The notes under the pieces are model-generated. The model was not told the origin of the DNA, did no database searches, and saw only the letters and a program-made list of their open reading frames with translations. A stretch of DNA of 64,000 nucleotides. Origin: Candidatus Omnitrophota bacterium (GTDB lineage Bacteria; Omnitrophota; Gorgyraeia; Aquiviventales; Aquiviventaceae). A program made the position numbers and the translations under genes. Shown in pieces: positions 25,509-36,104 of the stretch (position 1 is the stretch's first letter; every line of letters begins with the position of its first letter). The stretch covers positions 5,315 through 69,314 of the forward strand of contig JAHFGV010000003.1 in NCBI GenBank assembly GCA_023247255.1. Reading direction: 5' to 3'.

Positions 25509-26768
25509 CTACTCGACTCGACGGATCTGGGCACCTAATCCCGCGAGTTTTTCCGGAAAGTGATCGTAGCCACGTTCCAAATGTTCAATGCCTTCCAACT
25601 CGGTTTGATGCTGAGCCACCAACCCCGCAAGAACCAATGCCGCCGAAGCACGCAGATCGGATGCAACCACTGGAGCTCCGGACAACCGTCCCACTCCTTT
25701 TACGATGGCACTGGCACCCTCCCGCGTAATCTGTGCTCCCATCCGATTGAGCTCTGCAATATGCATGAATCGTTCCGGATATACTCTCTCGGTGAGCAGG
25801 CTCGAACCTTGGGCGATTGACATCAAGGCCACAATCTGCGCCTGCAAATCGGTCGGAAAACCTGGAAATGCCAGGGTGGTTACATCCACAGCCTGAGGAC
25901 AACGCATCCCGCGCACGCGAATGGCTCCACTCAGTTTTTCCACGCTCACCCCAGCTTCGATCAGTTTGTCTATCACCGCGCCCAGATGATCGGCCCGTGC
26001 GCCTTCAATGGTCAAGTCTCCTTGCGTCATGGCAGCGGCGATCATCCACGTCCCTGCTTCAATACGATCCGGAATGATGCGATGCTCGGCCCCGTGGAGC
26101 CGTTGGACCCCCTCGACGCGAATCACCGATCCTCCATGCCCCTCGATGCGCGCTCCCATGCGAATGAGAAACTGTGCCAGATCCGTAATTTCCGGCTCGT
26201 AGGCTGCATGTTCGATCACCGTGGTCCCCTTGGCGAGGGTGGCGGCCATCATCACATTCGCTGTCGCCAAAACCGATGAGCCAAACGCTCCACTCAAGTG
26301 AACCTTGGCACCGCGCAGCTCATCGGCGACAGCAACCACATAGCCATGCTCTACCGTCAGTGTAGCCCCCAGCGCCTGGAGTCCCTTGAGATGAAGGTCA
26401 ATCGGCCTTGGCCCGATGACGCACCCACCAGGCATGGAAACCTGAGCGCGTCCTTGCCTGCTCAACAAAGGCCCCAGCACGCAGATGGATGCCCGCATCC
26501 GGCTGACCAGCTCGTAGGGAGCCACCTGCCCCGCGAAGCGTCCGGGCGTGATCACTAAGTGATCGTCGGTAAACTCGACTTGAAGTCCCAGATGACGCAG
26601 GATCTCGATCATCAACAGGACGTCAGTAACGTGGGGAACGCCTTCAATCGTCGAGGGCTCATCGGTCAACAGACACGCGGCCATGATGGGCAGGACGGCG
26701 TTCTTTGCCCCGTTGATGGTCACTCTTCCCTCAAGGGGTCCGCTATGTTCAATGAGCAGTCGCGCCAT
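25509..26768 (-). CDS. murA: UDP-N-acetylglucosamine 1-carboxyvinyltransferase
   Basis: VTINGAKNAVLPIMAACLL...two-lobe EPT fold; catalytic Cys region VSMPGGCVIGPRPIDLHLKGL. Confidence 0.95.
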   Translation of the reverse strand: MARLLIEHSGPLEGRVTINGAKNAVLPIMAACLLTDEPSTIEGVPHVTDVLLMIEILRHLGLQVEFTDDHLVITPGRFAGQVAPYELVSRMRASICVLGPLLSRQGRAQVSMPGGCVIGPRPIDLHLKGLQALGATLTVEHGYVVAVADELRGAKVHLSGAFGSSVLATANVMMAATLAKGTTVIEHAAYEPEITDLAQFLIRMGARIEGHGGSVIRVEGVQRLHGAEHRIIPDRIEAGTWMIAAAMTQGDLTIEGARADHLGAVIDKLIEAGVSVEKLSGAIRVRGMRCPQAVDVTTLAFPGFPTDLQAQIVALMSIAQGSSLLTERVYPERFMHIAELNRMGAQITREGASAIVKGVGRLSGAPVVASDLRASAALVLAGLVAQHQTELEGIEHLERGYDHFPEKLAGLGAQIRRVE

Positions 26769-27790
26769 CAGGCTCTGAAGCGTGCCTGAGAGCTTCGAAT
26801 CAAAAGGCCCCGTGGGTATCCCGCGAGGTCATGAATCGGACGGACAGATTTTACCCAAAAACTCGCCTGGGCTTTCTTCATCAGCAAATCCACCTGCATC
26901 TGCCCACATTCTAAAACCAGTAAGCCTGCTGGCTTCAATAACCGGGGTGCCTGTTCCATGATGTGCTCGAGGGCTTGCATCCCATCCTCACCGCCATCCA
27001 GACTGATGGCAGGCTCCTGCCGCACTTCTAATGGCAAGCCGGCTACTTCGCTCGTGGGAATGTATGGTGGGTTAGCGATGATGCCGTCAAAAACCCCACG
27101 GATCGCGTCCATCCACTCACCCTGCACAAAATGCACCTGGCTTGTCAAACCTTGACGCTGGGCGTTGAGACGAGCGACACATAAAGACAGCCATGATACC
27201 TCAACTCCGACTACAAGACAAGTCGGAAGAAAACGTGCCAACGTCAATGCGATGCATCCGCTTCCGGTGCCAAGATCCAGCAGCCGTAATCCTTTAGTAC
27301 GCGCCTCCTCAGCCGAATCGAGCGGCGCCTTGCGTCTGGCACCTTTTTGAGCAGCCTGGGTATCCCGGGCGTTTTTCAGCAACCTGTTAGCAACGGAATC
27401 ATCCGCACTCCGAAATCCTAAATCCGAAATCCTTCGGGTCCGGGAAGGGACGCTTGATTGAAACGCCTTGAGCGCTGCATCCACAACCTGTTCGGTCTCC
27501 GGGCGAGGGATGAATACGCCGGGGGCGATCGAAAATAACATGCCATAGAATTCCACCTCGCCCAACAGGTATTGCAAAGGAACGCCTCTGGCTCGCGCCT
27601 CAATGTGTGAAAAGAACTGCTCGACGGTCTCTTTGGAGAATTCAGGTTCTTGAAGGTAAAGTTCCAGAGGCCGTAAACCGACACATTGTCCCAAGAGCCA
27701 TTCGACTTCTTGGCGAGTCGATTCTCCGCCGGCTTGTTTAAGCCGCAGGGTCCCTTGCCGAATAAGTTCACGGAGCGTGTATGCTTGCAT
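26768..27790 (-). CDS. prmC: Release factor glutamine N5-methyltransferase, carrying an in-frame ~55-aa low-complexity insertion
   Basis: Canonical NPPY (ANPPYIP) and GTGSG SAM motifs. The insert ...SSVPSRTRRISDLGFRSADDSVANRLLKNARDTQAAQKGARRKAPLDSAEEARTKG is encoded by a family D repeat at 27355-27440. Confidence 0.85.
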   Translation of the reverse strand: MQAYTLRELIRQGTLRLKQAGGESTRQEVEWLLGQCVGLRPLELYLQEPEFSKETVEQFFSHIEARARGVPLQYLLGEVEFYGMLFSIAPGVFIPRPETEQVVDAALKAFQSSVPSRTRRISDLGFRSADDSVANRLLKNARDTQAAQKGARRKAPLDSAEEARTKGLRLLDLGTGSGCIALTLARFLPTCLVVGVEVSWLSLCVARLNAQRQGLTSQVHFVQGEWMDAIRGVFDGIIANPPYIPTSEVAGLPLEVRQEPAISLDGGEDGMQALEHIMEQAPRLLKPAGLLVLECGQMQVDLLMKKAQASFWVKSVRPIHDLAGYPRGLLIRSSQARFRA

Positions 27791-27791
27791 C

Positions 27792-28886
27792 TTAACCATC
27801 GCTCTCGGCCATATCCCGTTCATGAGCGACCAGCGCGTCCGTCAAAAGCTGAAGCTCTCCTTCCATGATGATGTCCAGTTGATAAAGCGTTACTCCGACC
27901 CGATGATCCGTTACCCGTCGATCAGGGAAATTATACGTTCGGATCTTCTCGCTTCGATCGCCGCTTCCGACTTGCTTGCGTCGATCGGACGCCAGTTGTT
28001 CCCGCTGGGAGTGTTGTACTTGATCCAGAAGCCGCGCCCGCAAGACACGCATGGCTTTTTCCTTATTTCGCAATTGGCTGCGTTCGTCCTGACAAGTAAC
28101 CACCAAGTCACTGGGAAGATGACGGATACGCACGGCAGAGTCGGTGGTATTCACTCCCTGGCCTCCTGGGCCGGAAGACCGATACACGTCGATTTGAAGA
28201 TCCTTGGCTGGAATCTCTGGAAGCTCAATTTCCTCAGGCTCAGGCAGAACCGCGACGGTAACCGTCGATGTATGGATTCGTCCTTGAGCCTCTGTCTCGG
28301 GTACGCGCTGAACACGGTGCACTCCCCGCTCGTATTTGAACCGTTTCCAAGCCCCCGCTCCCCGAACGGCAAAAGCCACTTCCTTCAATCCCCCAGCCTC
28401 GCTGGGCTGACTATGCATCGGCTCGATGGTCAACCCACATTTCATCGCGTATTTGGTGTACATGCGAAAAAGATCGGCGGCAAACAGGCTGGCCTCTAGG
28501 CCACCGGTTCCGGCACGGATTTCCACAATCAAGGGACGTTCCGGCTCCTGATGGCGTTGGTTCCAATGCCAAATGAGCTGCGTCAAAAGAAGTCCCTGCT
28601 GTTGATGCAGCGACGTCGCCTCCTCTTTAGCCATCTGGCGCATTTCTCTTTCGCCGTGAGACTGAAAGATCGTCTCAGCCTCAGCAGCCTCCCGATTTAC
28701 TCGCAGGTAGGTCCGGTAAGTCGTGACGATATCCCGGAGGCTCGATAGTTCCTTGGAGAGCGCTTGATAGGCCCGTGGATTTCCCAAGCGTTCGGTAGCC
28801 TCAAGGGCGAGTCGTTGTTCTAACTCGCTGTAGCGGCGCTCAAGCTGAGACAGGAACTCAAGCAGCTGTCGATCTGAAAGGGACAT
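27792..28886 (-). CDS. prfA: Peptide chain release factor 1
   Basis: RSSGPGGQGVNTTDSAVRI (GGQ motif) and PET-type recognition region. Confidence 0.95.
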   Translation of the reverse strand: MSLSDRQLLEFLSQLERRYSELEQRLALEATERLGNPRAYQALSKELSSLRDIVTTYRTYLRVNREAAEAETIFQSHGEREMRQMAKEEATSLHQQQGLLLTQLIWHWNQRHQEPERPLIVEIRAGTGGLEASLFAADLFRMYTKYAMKCGLTIEPMHSQPSEAGGLKEVAFAVRGAGAWKRFKYERGVHRVQRVPETEAQGRIHTSTVTVAVLPEPEEIELPEIPAKDLQIDVYRSSGPGGQGVNTTDSAVRIRHLPSDLVVTCQDERSQLRNKEKAMRVLRARLLDQVQHSQREQLASDRRKQVGSGDRSEKIRTYNFPDRRVTDHRVGVTLYQLDIIMEGELQLLTDALVAHERDMAESDG

Positions 28887-28947
28887 GAGACGTCGAGCGA
28901 GGGTGTCTATCGGGCATGAGCCAACGCCGGCCTACGCGAAACAGGCT

Positions 28948-29181
28948 CTATGCGGAAGACTCCGATGAGGTAGCCAAAGACGTTTTGCGGGTGTATTTTC
29001 TCTTAAAACGTTCCACCCGCCCTGCGGTATCCACCAATTTCTGCTGCCCGGTAAAGAAAGGATGGCAGGCGGAACATATATCCACATGGATCACCTTGCG
29101 AGTGGAGCGCGTCTGAAACGTATTGCCACAGGTACACGAGACGGTACATTCCAGATACTCTGGATGGATGTTTGTTTTCAT
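28948..29181 (-). CDS. rpmE: 50S ribosomal protein L31 (Zn-binding type)
   Basis: MKTNIHPEY...CTCG...[10 protein letters not shown]. The track ORF has a 21-aa upstream extension. Confidence 0.9.
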   Translation of the reverse strand: MKTNIHPEYLECTVSCTCGNTFQTRSTRKVIHVDICSACHPFFTGQQKLVDTAGRVERFKRKYTRKTSLATSSESSA

Positions 29182-29293
29182 AACGGCCTCCGGTTGGTCT
29201 GTACTGTAGGTGATTGTCGATTGAACGTCATTCTTCTCTACCAATCGTCAATCGGAAATCAAAAATCGAAAATTCCATTTTATTGCGCTCGTA

Positions 29294-30586
29294 TTACGGT
29301 GATTTCTTTGCCATCGCAGCCAAAAATTCCTGGTTGGATTTAGTCTTCGAAAGCCGATCGATGAGCAATTCCATCCCTTGGACGGGATCCATCTCATTGA
29401 GGACCTTCCGAAGGATCCATACCTTTTGCAGTTCCTCGGCAGCGACCAGAAGCTCCTCGCGACGGGTGTTGGAGCGTCGAATGTCGATAGCGGGATAGAT
29501 GCGTCGCTGGAATAAATTCCGATCCATAGTCAGCTCCATGTTCCCGGTTCCTTTAAACTCTTCAAAGATCACGTCATCCATCCGGGAGCCGGTATCGATC
29601 AAACAGGTTCCAATAATGGTCAAGCTGCCTCCCTCCTCCACCCCTCGAGCGGCGCCAAAGAATCGTTTGGGTTTATGAAGGGCATTGGCATCGAGCCCAC
29701 CGGTGAGCACACGCCCGCTGTGAGGCTCCACGGTATTGTAGGCCCTGGCCAGGCGGGTAATGCTGTCCAGAAGGATCACCACGTCTTTTTTGTGCTCCAC
29801 TTGGCGTTTGGCCTTTTCCATGACAATCTCAGCAACCTGAATATGCCGGTCGGCCGGCTCATCAAAAGTCGAGGAGATCACTTCGCCCTTGACGGAGCGT
29901 TGCATGTCAGTGACTTCCTCAGGACGCTCATCGATCAGCAGAACGATCAACTCAGCTTCCGGGTTGTTAGTGGTGACGGCGTTGGCGATCTTTTGAAGCA
30001 AGACGGTCTTGCCGCTGTAAGGAGGGGCGACGATCAGGCCCCGCTGGCCCTTGCCGATGGGGGTTAACAAATCCATGATCCGAGTCGACATATCCTTGGC
30101 ATCGGTTTCCAGAACCAGCCGCTGATTGGGGTAGATGGGTGTTAGGTTGTCGAAGTTGGTCTTGACTTTGGAGTTTTCAGGATTTTCGTCGTTGACCGCT
30201 TCCACTTTCAGAAGGGCGAAGTAGCGCTCCCCTTCCTTGGGAGGACGCACCTGGCCGTTGACCACATCCCCGGTGCGCAGATCGAATTTACGAATCTGGG
30301 ATGGGGAAACATAGATGTCATCCGGACAGGGCAGATAGTTATAGTTTGGGGATCGAAGGAATCCGAAACCATCGGGAAGAATCTCCAGCACCCCCGAAGA
30401 AAAGATCAGTCCCTCCCTCTCGGTCTGGGCGGAGAGGATTTTAAAAATCAGATCCTGTTTACGCAGCCCAGACAGGCCATTGACTCCTATCTCTCGAGCC
30501 ACCTTGGTCAACTCGGATATCTTCAAGCTTTTCAGCGCTGCGATGTCAAGCTTTACCGTCTGATGGCTCTGACCCGTTGATTCCAT
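29294..30586 (-). CDS. rho: Transcription termination factor Rho
   Basis: N-terminal RNA-binding domain, Walker A (APPYSGKT), Q/R loops. Confidence 0.95.
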   Translation of the reverse strand: MESTGQSHQTVKLDIAALKSLKISELTKVAREIGVNGLSGLRKQDLIFKILSAQTEREGLIFSSGVLEILPDGFGFLRSPNYNYLPCPDDIYVSPSQIRKFDLRTGDVVNGQVRPPKEGERYFALLKVEAVNDENPENSKVKTNFDNLTPIYPNQRLVLETDAKDMSTRIMDLLTPIGKGQRGLIVAPPYSGKTVLLQKIANAVTTNNPEAELIVLLIDERPEEVTDMQRSVKGEVISSTFDEPADRHIQVAEIVMEKAKRQVEHKKDVVILLDSITRLARAYNTVEPHSGRVLTGGLDANALHKPKRFFGAARGVEEGGSLTIIGTCLIDTGSRMDDVIFEEFKGTGNMELTMDRNLFQRRIYPAIDIRRSNTRREELLVAAEELQKVWILRKVLNEMDPVQGMELLIDRLSKTKSNQEFLAAMAKKSP

Positions 30587-31161
30587 ATCTGTTTCACCTG
30601 TGTTTGTGTCGCTTTTCTGCCACTTGAGTTCTCAACGACATAATCGGCCAATGCCACCTTGGCCGTCAAATCCATTTGCGCCGCCAATCGACGTTTCAGT
30701 TCTTCATCCGACCATCCCCGACTCTGTTTGAGTCGCAAGCGCTGTACCGCTGGGGAAGCCTTCACCACCACCAACACATCTACTTCGGATTCAGCACCCA
30801 CCTCGACCAAAAGGGGAACATCGAGCACGACTGCAGGAACCCTACGCAAACGCCGAAGCCTTTGGAGCTGCTGCTTGATCTTCTTCCACACAGGGGGATG
30901 AACGATCGCTTCCAGCTTTTGCCGAAGCCGCGCATCAGAGAAGATCGAGTCTGCCAGCCGCTTTCGATCGATCGTTTGGTCCTCATTGAGAACGCCTTCT
31001 CCAAAAACCTCAACGATACGTCTCCAGGCCGGGCGCTTGGGCTCAATCACTTCATGGGCGATGGTATCGGCATCCAAGACTACGGCACCCAACTCCTGAA
31101 ACATCTGCGCAACCGTGCTCTTGCCAGTTGCCCATCCACCGGTGACACCGATCACTATCAT
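30553..31161 (-). CDS. coaE: Dephospho-CoA kinase
   Basis: [18 protein letters not shown]-loop. ATGA overlap with the polA stop. Confidence 0.9.
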   Translation of the reverse strand: MIVIGVTGGWATGKSTVAQMFQELGAVVLDADTIAHEVIEPKRPAWRRIVEVFGEGVLNEDQTIDRKRLADSIFSDARLRQKLEAIVHPPVWKKIKQQLQRLRRLRRVPAVVLDVPLLVEVGAESEVDVLVVVKASPAVQRLRLKQSRGWSDEELKRRLAAQMDLTAKVALADYVVENSSGRKATQTQVKQIWNQRVRAIRR

Positions 31162-33836
31162 GAGCAAGGAGAAAGATCCAGCCAATTAGGACCCGACTTC
31201 ACCGTCACTACAAGAGGAACTTTGAGCGAAAGAGCACCTTCCATGATACGTCGCACGATACTGACCAAAGTATCCTGTTCCTTTCGCGGACATTCAAGAA
31301 CCAGCTCGTCATGCACCTGAAGCACTAAGCGGCTGGACAATCGCTCACGAGCCAAAGCCTCTGCAAGCTGAACCATGGCCCGTTTGATTAAATCCGCCGC
31401 GGTGCCCTGGATGGGGGTATTGATCGCAATCCGCTCCCCAAACTGGCGCACGCTCGGATCCGGATGGGAAAGCTCAGCAATCACCCGCCGTCTGCCCAGA
31501 AGCGTCTGAACGAATCCATCCCGACGGGCCAGAGTAATCTGGGCATCCATATAAGAGCGCACCCTGGGGTAGCGCTGGAAATAGGATTCGATGAAACGTT
31601 GGGCATCGTTAAAGCTAATGCCTAATTCTTTAGAGAGGCCGTGGGAGCTCATCCCATAAAGAATCCCAAAGTTAACCGCCTTCATCGCGTTGCGCTGCTC
31701 GGGTTGAATCTCTTGCTCAGGAAGACCGTAAATCAGCGAAGCCGTGTATCGATGAATGTCCCGGCCCTCGCGAAACGCTTGGATGAGCTGCTCATCGTCT
31801 GAAAGATGGGCAAGGATTCGCAATTCGATTTGGGAATAGTCCGCAGCCACAAATAAGCCGTCGGTAAGTCCGGGGATAAATGCCTTGCGGATCAGGCGTC
31901 CCAGTTCCGTTTTTACCGGGATGTTTTGAAGGTTAGGCTCGCTGGAAGAAAGCCTGCCGGTCGCTGTAATCGCTTGGTTGAATGTGCTGTGAATCCGACC
32001 GGTTGAGGGATTGACTAATCTCGGTAGCGCTTCCAAATAGGTGGAAACCAATTTCGACAATTCTCGATATTCCAGAAGACCAGCGGCAAGAGGATGCTTC
32101 TGGGCGAGCTGATGCAACACCTCACTGTCGGTTGAAGGCCCTGTTTTGGTGCGTTTGACGATCGGCAAGTGCAAGCGCTCGAACAGAACCTGGGCGAGCT
32201 GCTTGGGTGAATTCAGGTTGAAAGCGCAGCCTGACAGCGCATAAAGCTCTTGAGTCAATTGCACCAGTCGCGCATCCATGGAACAACGCAAGCTGGACAG
32301 ATGTGCCAGATCCACAGCGATGCCTACGGATTCCATCTGAGCCAATACCTCAACCAGCGGCAACTCTAAATCCGTGTAAAGCGACAAAAGCCCTTGGGCT
32401 TCAAGCGCCGACAGCAGATGCTGATGCAAAGACAAAATCGAAGTCACCTGCTGGGCATGAAGCGGTCGGTCGGTCGTATTGGCATCGGACAGGGATTCTG
32501 GCTCCAAGTCTGGAGGATCTTTCAATCGTTGACCAAGATACTCTTCGCAAAGGTCATTGAGACCGACTGGAGCGCGCGTGGGATTCAGAAGATAGGCGGC
32601 AACCCGGCTGTCCCCGGCAATGCCTCGAAGGTGAATCCCCAAGGGCTCAAGCAGACGGATGCAGCGTTTCATATCATGAGCGACTTTCTTTGCCTGTGGA
32701 TCTTCAAGCCATTGAACGACGGGTTGCCAAACGTCGCTGCGAGACGTTTCAGAATCCAGCCACAGAAAGCAGGCTTCATCCGGCTCCGTCGCGATGGCCA
32801 GAAGCATACGATTAGGATGAGCCGGGGATGACGTCTCCGATTCTCCCGGGGATGATTCCATCCAAACCTGGACGGCCACCGCTGATGGAGCCTTGTGTAA
32901 TCGGGCTTGAAAATCAAAAAGCTGATCCGTGGAAAGCAGGCGCTGACGGATGGGCTGGGCCTCGGGCTGAACGGGAATGTGCGACTCCATTTCTTTCAAT
33001 AGACGCTTAAACTCAAGTTCGCGGAAAAGAACGCGCAGGGTCTGCCAATCAGGCTCCTGAACCTTAAGATCCTCAAGAACCACCGTCAATGGCAGATCGT
33101 CGTGGATGCAAGCCAACTGGCGAGAAAGTTCCACCTGCGCTCGCGAGTCGCTCAGGCGCTGACGTATGGAAACACTCTCCACTTCATCCAGATGTTGATA
33201 GAGCCGCTTGAGGCTGCCGAATCGTTGAAGCAATTGACTCGCCGTCTTTTCCCCAATCCCAGAGGCCCCGGGGATGTTGTCCGATTCATCCCCCATCAAG
33301 GCTAACAGATCCACCATCTGCTGTGGGTCAATGCCATACCGGGCGCGGACAGCTTCTGCATCCACGATCATGGGATCGCCGTTTGGGTTATAAACGCTGA
33401 TGTGGCTATTGACCAACTGTAGCGCATCCTTGTCACTGGTCACCAAAAACGTTTGAATCCCCTGAGCCACCAATTGCCGCGTGAGGCTTGCCAGGACATC
33501 TTCCCCCTCATAGCCTTCGAGCTCAAAGACAGGAATCCGGTAGGCAGTCAGTACGCTTTTTACCAACGGGAGTTGTCCAATCAACGCCTCCGGCATGGGT
33601 TTTCGCTGGATCTTGTATTCGGCAAACTGTTGATGCCGAACCGTGGGCTTACCTACATCAAAAGCGACTGCCAGATAGTCGGGACGTTCCTTTTGCTTAA
33701 GGGCTCGAAGGATCATCGTAAACCCGTATACGGCGTTGGTCGGGCGTCCGTTGGTCGTGCTGAGTTGTCGGATCGCGTAGAACGCTCGATAGCAACAGGC
33801 AGTGCCATCGATTAAAAAAGCCTTACGTCCAGCCAT
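31158..33836 (-). CDS. polA: DNA polymerase I
   Basis: 5'-3' exonuclease N-domain (FLIDGTACCYRAFYA), 3'-5' exo-like region, and a family A polymerase domain (RRxxKxxNFGxxYG, QVHDELV). Confidence 0.95.
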   Translation of the reverse strand: MAGRKAFLIDGTACCYRAFYAIRQLSTTNGRPTNAVYGFTMILRALKQKERPDYLAVAFDVGKPTVRHQQFAEYKIQRKPMPEALIGQLPLVKSVLTAYRIPVFELEGYEGEDVLASLTRQLVAQGIQTFLVTSDKDALQLVNSHISVYNPNGDPMIVDAEAVRARYGIDPQQMVDLLALMGDESDNIPGASGIGEKTASQLLQRFGSLKRLYQHLDEVESVSIRQRLSDSRAQVELSRQLACIHDDLPLTVVLEDLKVQEPDWQTLRVLFRELEFKRLLKEMESHIPVQPEAQPIRQRLLSTDQLFDFQARLHKAPSAVAVQVWMESSPGESETSSPAHPNRMLLAIATEPDEACFLWLDSETSRSDVWQPVVQWLEDPQAKKVAHDMKRCIRLLEPLGIHLRGIAGDSRVAAYLLNPTRAPVGLNDLCEEYLGQRLKDPPDLEPESLSDANTTDRPLHAQQVTSILSLHQHLLSALEAQGLLSLYTDLELPLVEVLAQMESVGIAVDLAHLSSLRCSMDARLVQLTQELYALSGCAFNLNSPKQLAQVLFERLHLPIVKRTKTGPSTDSEVLHQLAQKHPLAAGLLEYRELSKLVSTYLEALPRLVNPSTGRIHSTFNQAITATGRLSSSEPNLQNIPVKTELGRLIRKAFIPGLTDGLFVAADYSQIELRILAHLSDDEQLIQAFREGRDIHRYTASLIYGLPEQEIQPEQRNAMKAVNFGILYGMSSHGLSKELGISFNDAQRFIESYFQRYPRVRSYMDAQITLARRDGFVQTLLGRRRVIAELSHPDPSVRQFGERIAINTPIQGTAADLIKRAMVQLAEALARERLSSRLVLQVHDELVLECPRKEQDTLVSIVRRIMEGALSLKVPLVVTVKSGPNWLDLSPCS

Positions 33837-34016
33837 GGGGAAGTCGCGCGAGAGATTCCGTGTCAAGCTGCCTTCCGAGGATTTCTCACCAGATAAGAGC
33901 AGGGCTGCAATACGTGACTGAAGACCCTCGGTTGCTTCGGCTATTGTGCGCTGACACAAACGGTAACACGATCGGTTCTGCTTATCGGAGTGTAAGGTGT
34001 GGGGATTGTCTTGAAA

Positions 34017-34598
34017 TCAGGGCCAGTCGCTGTATCGCCTTGTGACTGAGTGAAAGTCTTCGACGGTCCTGGCGTTCTGTTTGAATGCTTCGTCCATGAC
34101 CCGTGCGCGTGCTTTGTGGGTAGAGTTTGATGCAGGAGACTGATGGAATCCCAACGCCTTCAAACGATCTTCGGCACGGGCGGTCCAGGGATCGGAGGGA
34201 TCCCCCAACTCGTAGCGTTTTAACCAGTGCACCGTTGCCGATTTCTCATCCCCCATCCGCTCATACAGCATCGCCAAATTTGCGTGCGCTTCCGGATATT
34301 GTGGATTCAATTCCACGGCTTTTCGATAGGCGCGTTCGGCTTCTTCCAGGCGCCCTTGTTGCTCAAAAATCACGCCAATATCGTTCTGCGCAGTGGGATA
34401 AGAGGGATCCAGCGCTGCAGCCTTCTGATACCACGATAAAGCCTCAGCGGCATCACCTCGCTGCTGGGTTTCGTAGCCCTGGCGTCGGTACGCTACTGCC
34501 TCTTCACGCAACGGGCCCGCACACACCTCGGCCGCAGAGCCAAACCCCAGGAACGTAACACAAAGGAGGGTCATCCCATTGCAGACATTGTTTTGCAT
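34017..34598 (-). CDS. Secreted TPR-repeat protein
   Basis: Signal peptide MQNNVCNGMTLLCVTFLGFGSAAE, then 3-4 TPR units (ALSWYQKAAALDPSY..., AERAYRKAVELNPQY...). The track ORF extends upstream through family A repeat DNA. Confidence 0.7.
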   Translation of the reverse strand: MQNNVCNGMTLLCVTFLGFGSAAEVCAGPLREEAVAYRRQGYETQQRGDAAEALSWYQKAAALDPSYPTAQNDIGVIFEQQGRLEEAERAYRKAVELNPQYPEAHANLAMLYERMGDEKSATVHWLKRYELGDPSDPWTARAEDRLKALGFHQSPASNSTHKARARVMDEAFKQNARTVEDFHSVTRRYSDWP

Positions 34599-34760
34599 CT
34601 TCAACCACCCAACCCCGCCATTGCGCCCCCAACCCTCGATGATTGCATCACGATATTGTCGATTTTCGATTGAACAGCGGTTTTCAATCGACGATCCAAA
34701 ATCGACAATCGAAAATTCCAAGGTATGGGAGTGCTGCTGCCCCAGGCGCATCCCTATGTC
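34596..34760. mobile_element. Family A palindrome-rich repeat
   Basis: ccattgcgcccccaaccctcgatgattgcatcacgatattgtcgattttcgattgaacagcggttttcaatcgacgatccaaaatcgacaatcgaaaattccaagg... Confidence 0.8.
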
Positions 34761-34837
34761 CGGTGACCGCAACTGTAGCATGATTCCTCCCCCTCGTCAA
34801 GGGGCTTGCTCTTTGTTGCGCGTCGGAAGCGGCATGT

Positions 34838-35275
34838 TCAGCGCTGGATGGTGACCGCCCCGGTCGCACTTGTAATAGTCACCGCGTTGTTGCGTTTACG
34901 GCCAGTGAGTACTAAGGAGATACTACGACCCTTAAGAGAGCCGGTCGGTCGAAACACGAACTGAGTCTCGGAAGAAGCCTGTCCGCCCACTTGAACCTCT
35001 AACGTGATGGCTGAAGGCAATCGCACGATTTGCTCCAGTGCCTGCCCTGAGGCCAATTCCACCACACGAAGTTCTCCCTTCTCCCTATCTATGACAAGGG
35101 CATGTTCTTCTTGACTGCTGATCGCCAGGCTCCTAGCCAAAGAGATCAGGCCAACGACTTGTGAAGTCGCCGTTCTTAATCGCACGTTTTGGGCATAGCC
35201 GGTCAGCGCCGGTACGCTGATACATACGATCAACCCAACCAGACCCAAGACGACCATGAGTTCCACCAGCGTCAT
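34838..35275 (-). CDS. GspH/FimT-like minor pseudopilin (prepilin-type N-terminal methylation domain)
   Basis: AMTLVELMVVLGLVGLIVCISVPAL hydrophobic pilin-like N-terminus, beta-rich C-terminus. True start/leader is uncertain; the track ORF reads 110 codons further upstream through a family A repeat. Confidence 0.55.
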   Translation of the reverse strand: MTLVELMVVLGLVGLIVCISVPALTGYAQNVRLRTATSQVVGLISLARSLAISSQEEHALVIDREKGELRVVELASGQALEQIVRLPSAITLEVQVGGQASSETQFVFRPTGSLKGRSISLVLTGRKRNNAVTITSATGAVTIQR

Positions 35276-35371
35276 TGCCGAGATCGCCCTTGCGCCACGG
35301 CCGAAGGTTTTGGGCGATAGGATAGTGCAACAGCCGATGGGTGGGTAGGATGTCGCCCCCATCGGGGCGGA

Positions 35372-35578
35372 CTTGCCGCTGCCCCAGGCGCATCCTGCGG
35401 GGCTCCTCTCGGCCATTGCGCCTCCGACCCTCGATGATTGCATCACGATACTGTCGATTAACGATTGTCGATTTTCGATTGAACAGCGGTTTTCAATCGA
35501 CGATCCAAAATCGACAATCGAAAATTCCAAGGTGTGGGAGTGCCGCTGCCCCAGGCTCATCCTGTGGGGCTCCACAAA
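35372..35578. mobile_element. Family A repeat flanked by ~28-bp direct repeats (ctgccccaggc.catcctg.ggggctcc)
   Basis: Full copy with both terminal direct repeats present. Confidence 0.8.
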
Positions 35579-35611
35579 CCCAAGCAACGTTTTTGGGGAC
35601 CGATGCAACCG

Positions 35612-36055
35612 TTACCAGGTGATGATATCATCCCCGCCACCTTGATCGTCGACACCATTCGGTCCATAGGAGAACAGATCGTAGGAATGCTCGCGGTGAG
35701 TGGGTGAGCCCCCCTCCACCGACACATAGACGTATGGGTTTCCCCAGGAATCCAGAAGCTTGCCATCTTGCAATTCTTCTTTCTTGAATTCTATATAGGG
35801 GCCTTGCCAATCCAGATCTTCTTGCGTCTCTTGGAGGGTCTTCACCAGGTTTTCATTTTCGGTCGGCGGATAGTGACCTAGGTCGGCATCATACATAGCG
35901 ATGGCAGTCTCCACCGCGGAAAGCGTCGCTTTCGCTTTTGTGATCGCCCCTCGGCGTCGAGCGGCCTGGGCGCCTGCTGTCACCAGGCTAATCAGAATCC
36001 CCAGAATAGCGATGACAACCAATAACTCAACCAGTGTAAACGCCATCGGTCGCAT
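35612..36055 (-). CDS. gspG: Type II secretion major pseudopilin GspG
   Basis: MRPMAFTLVELLVVIAILGILISLV...TKAKATL...DLGHYPPTENENL...DSWGNPYVY, a hallmark GspG sequence. Confidence 0.85.
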   Translation of the reverse strand: MRPMAFTLVELLVVIAILGILISLVTAGAQAARRRGAITKAKATLSAVETAIAMYDADLGHYPPTENENLVKTLQETQEDLDWQGPYIEFKKEELQDGKLLDSWGNPYVYVSVEGGSPTHREHSYDLFSYGPNGVDDQGGGDDIITW

Positions 36056-36104
36056 CTTTATTTTGAATGGCGCAATCCTCGATTCGCAATCCGTAATTCG
36101 TAAT

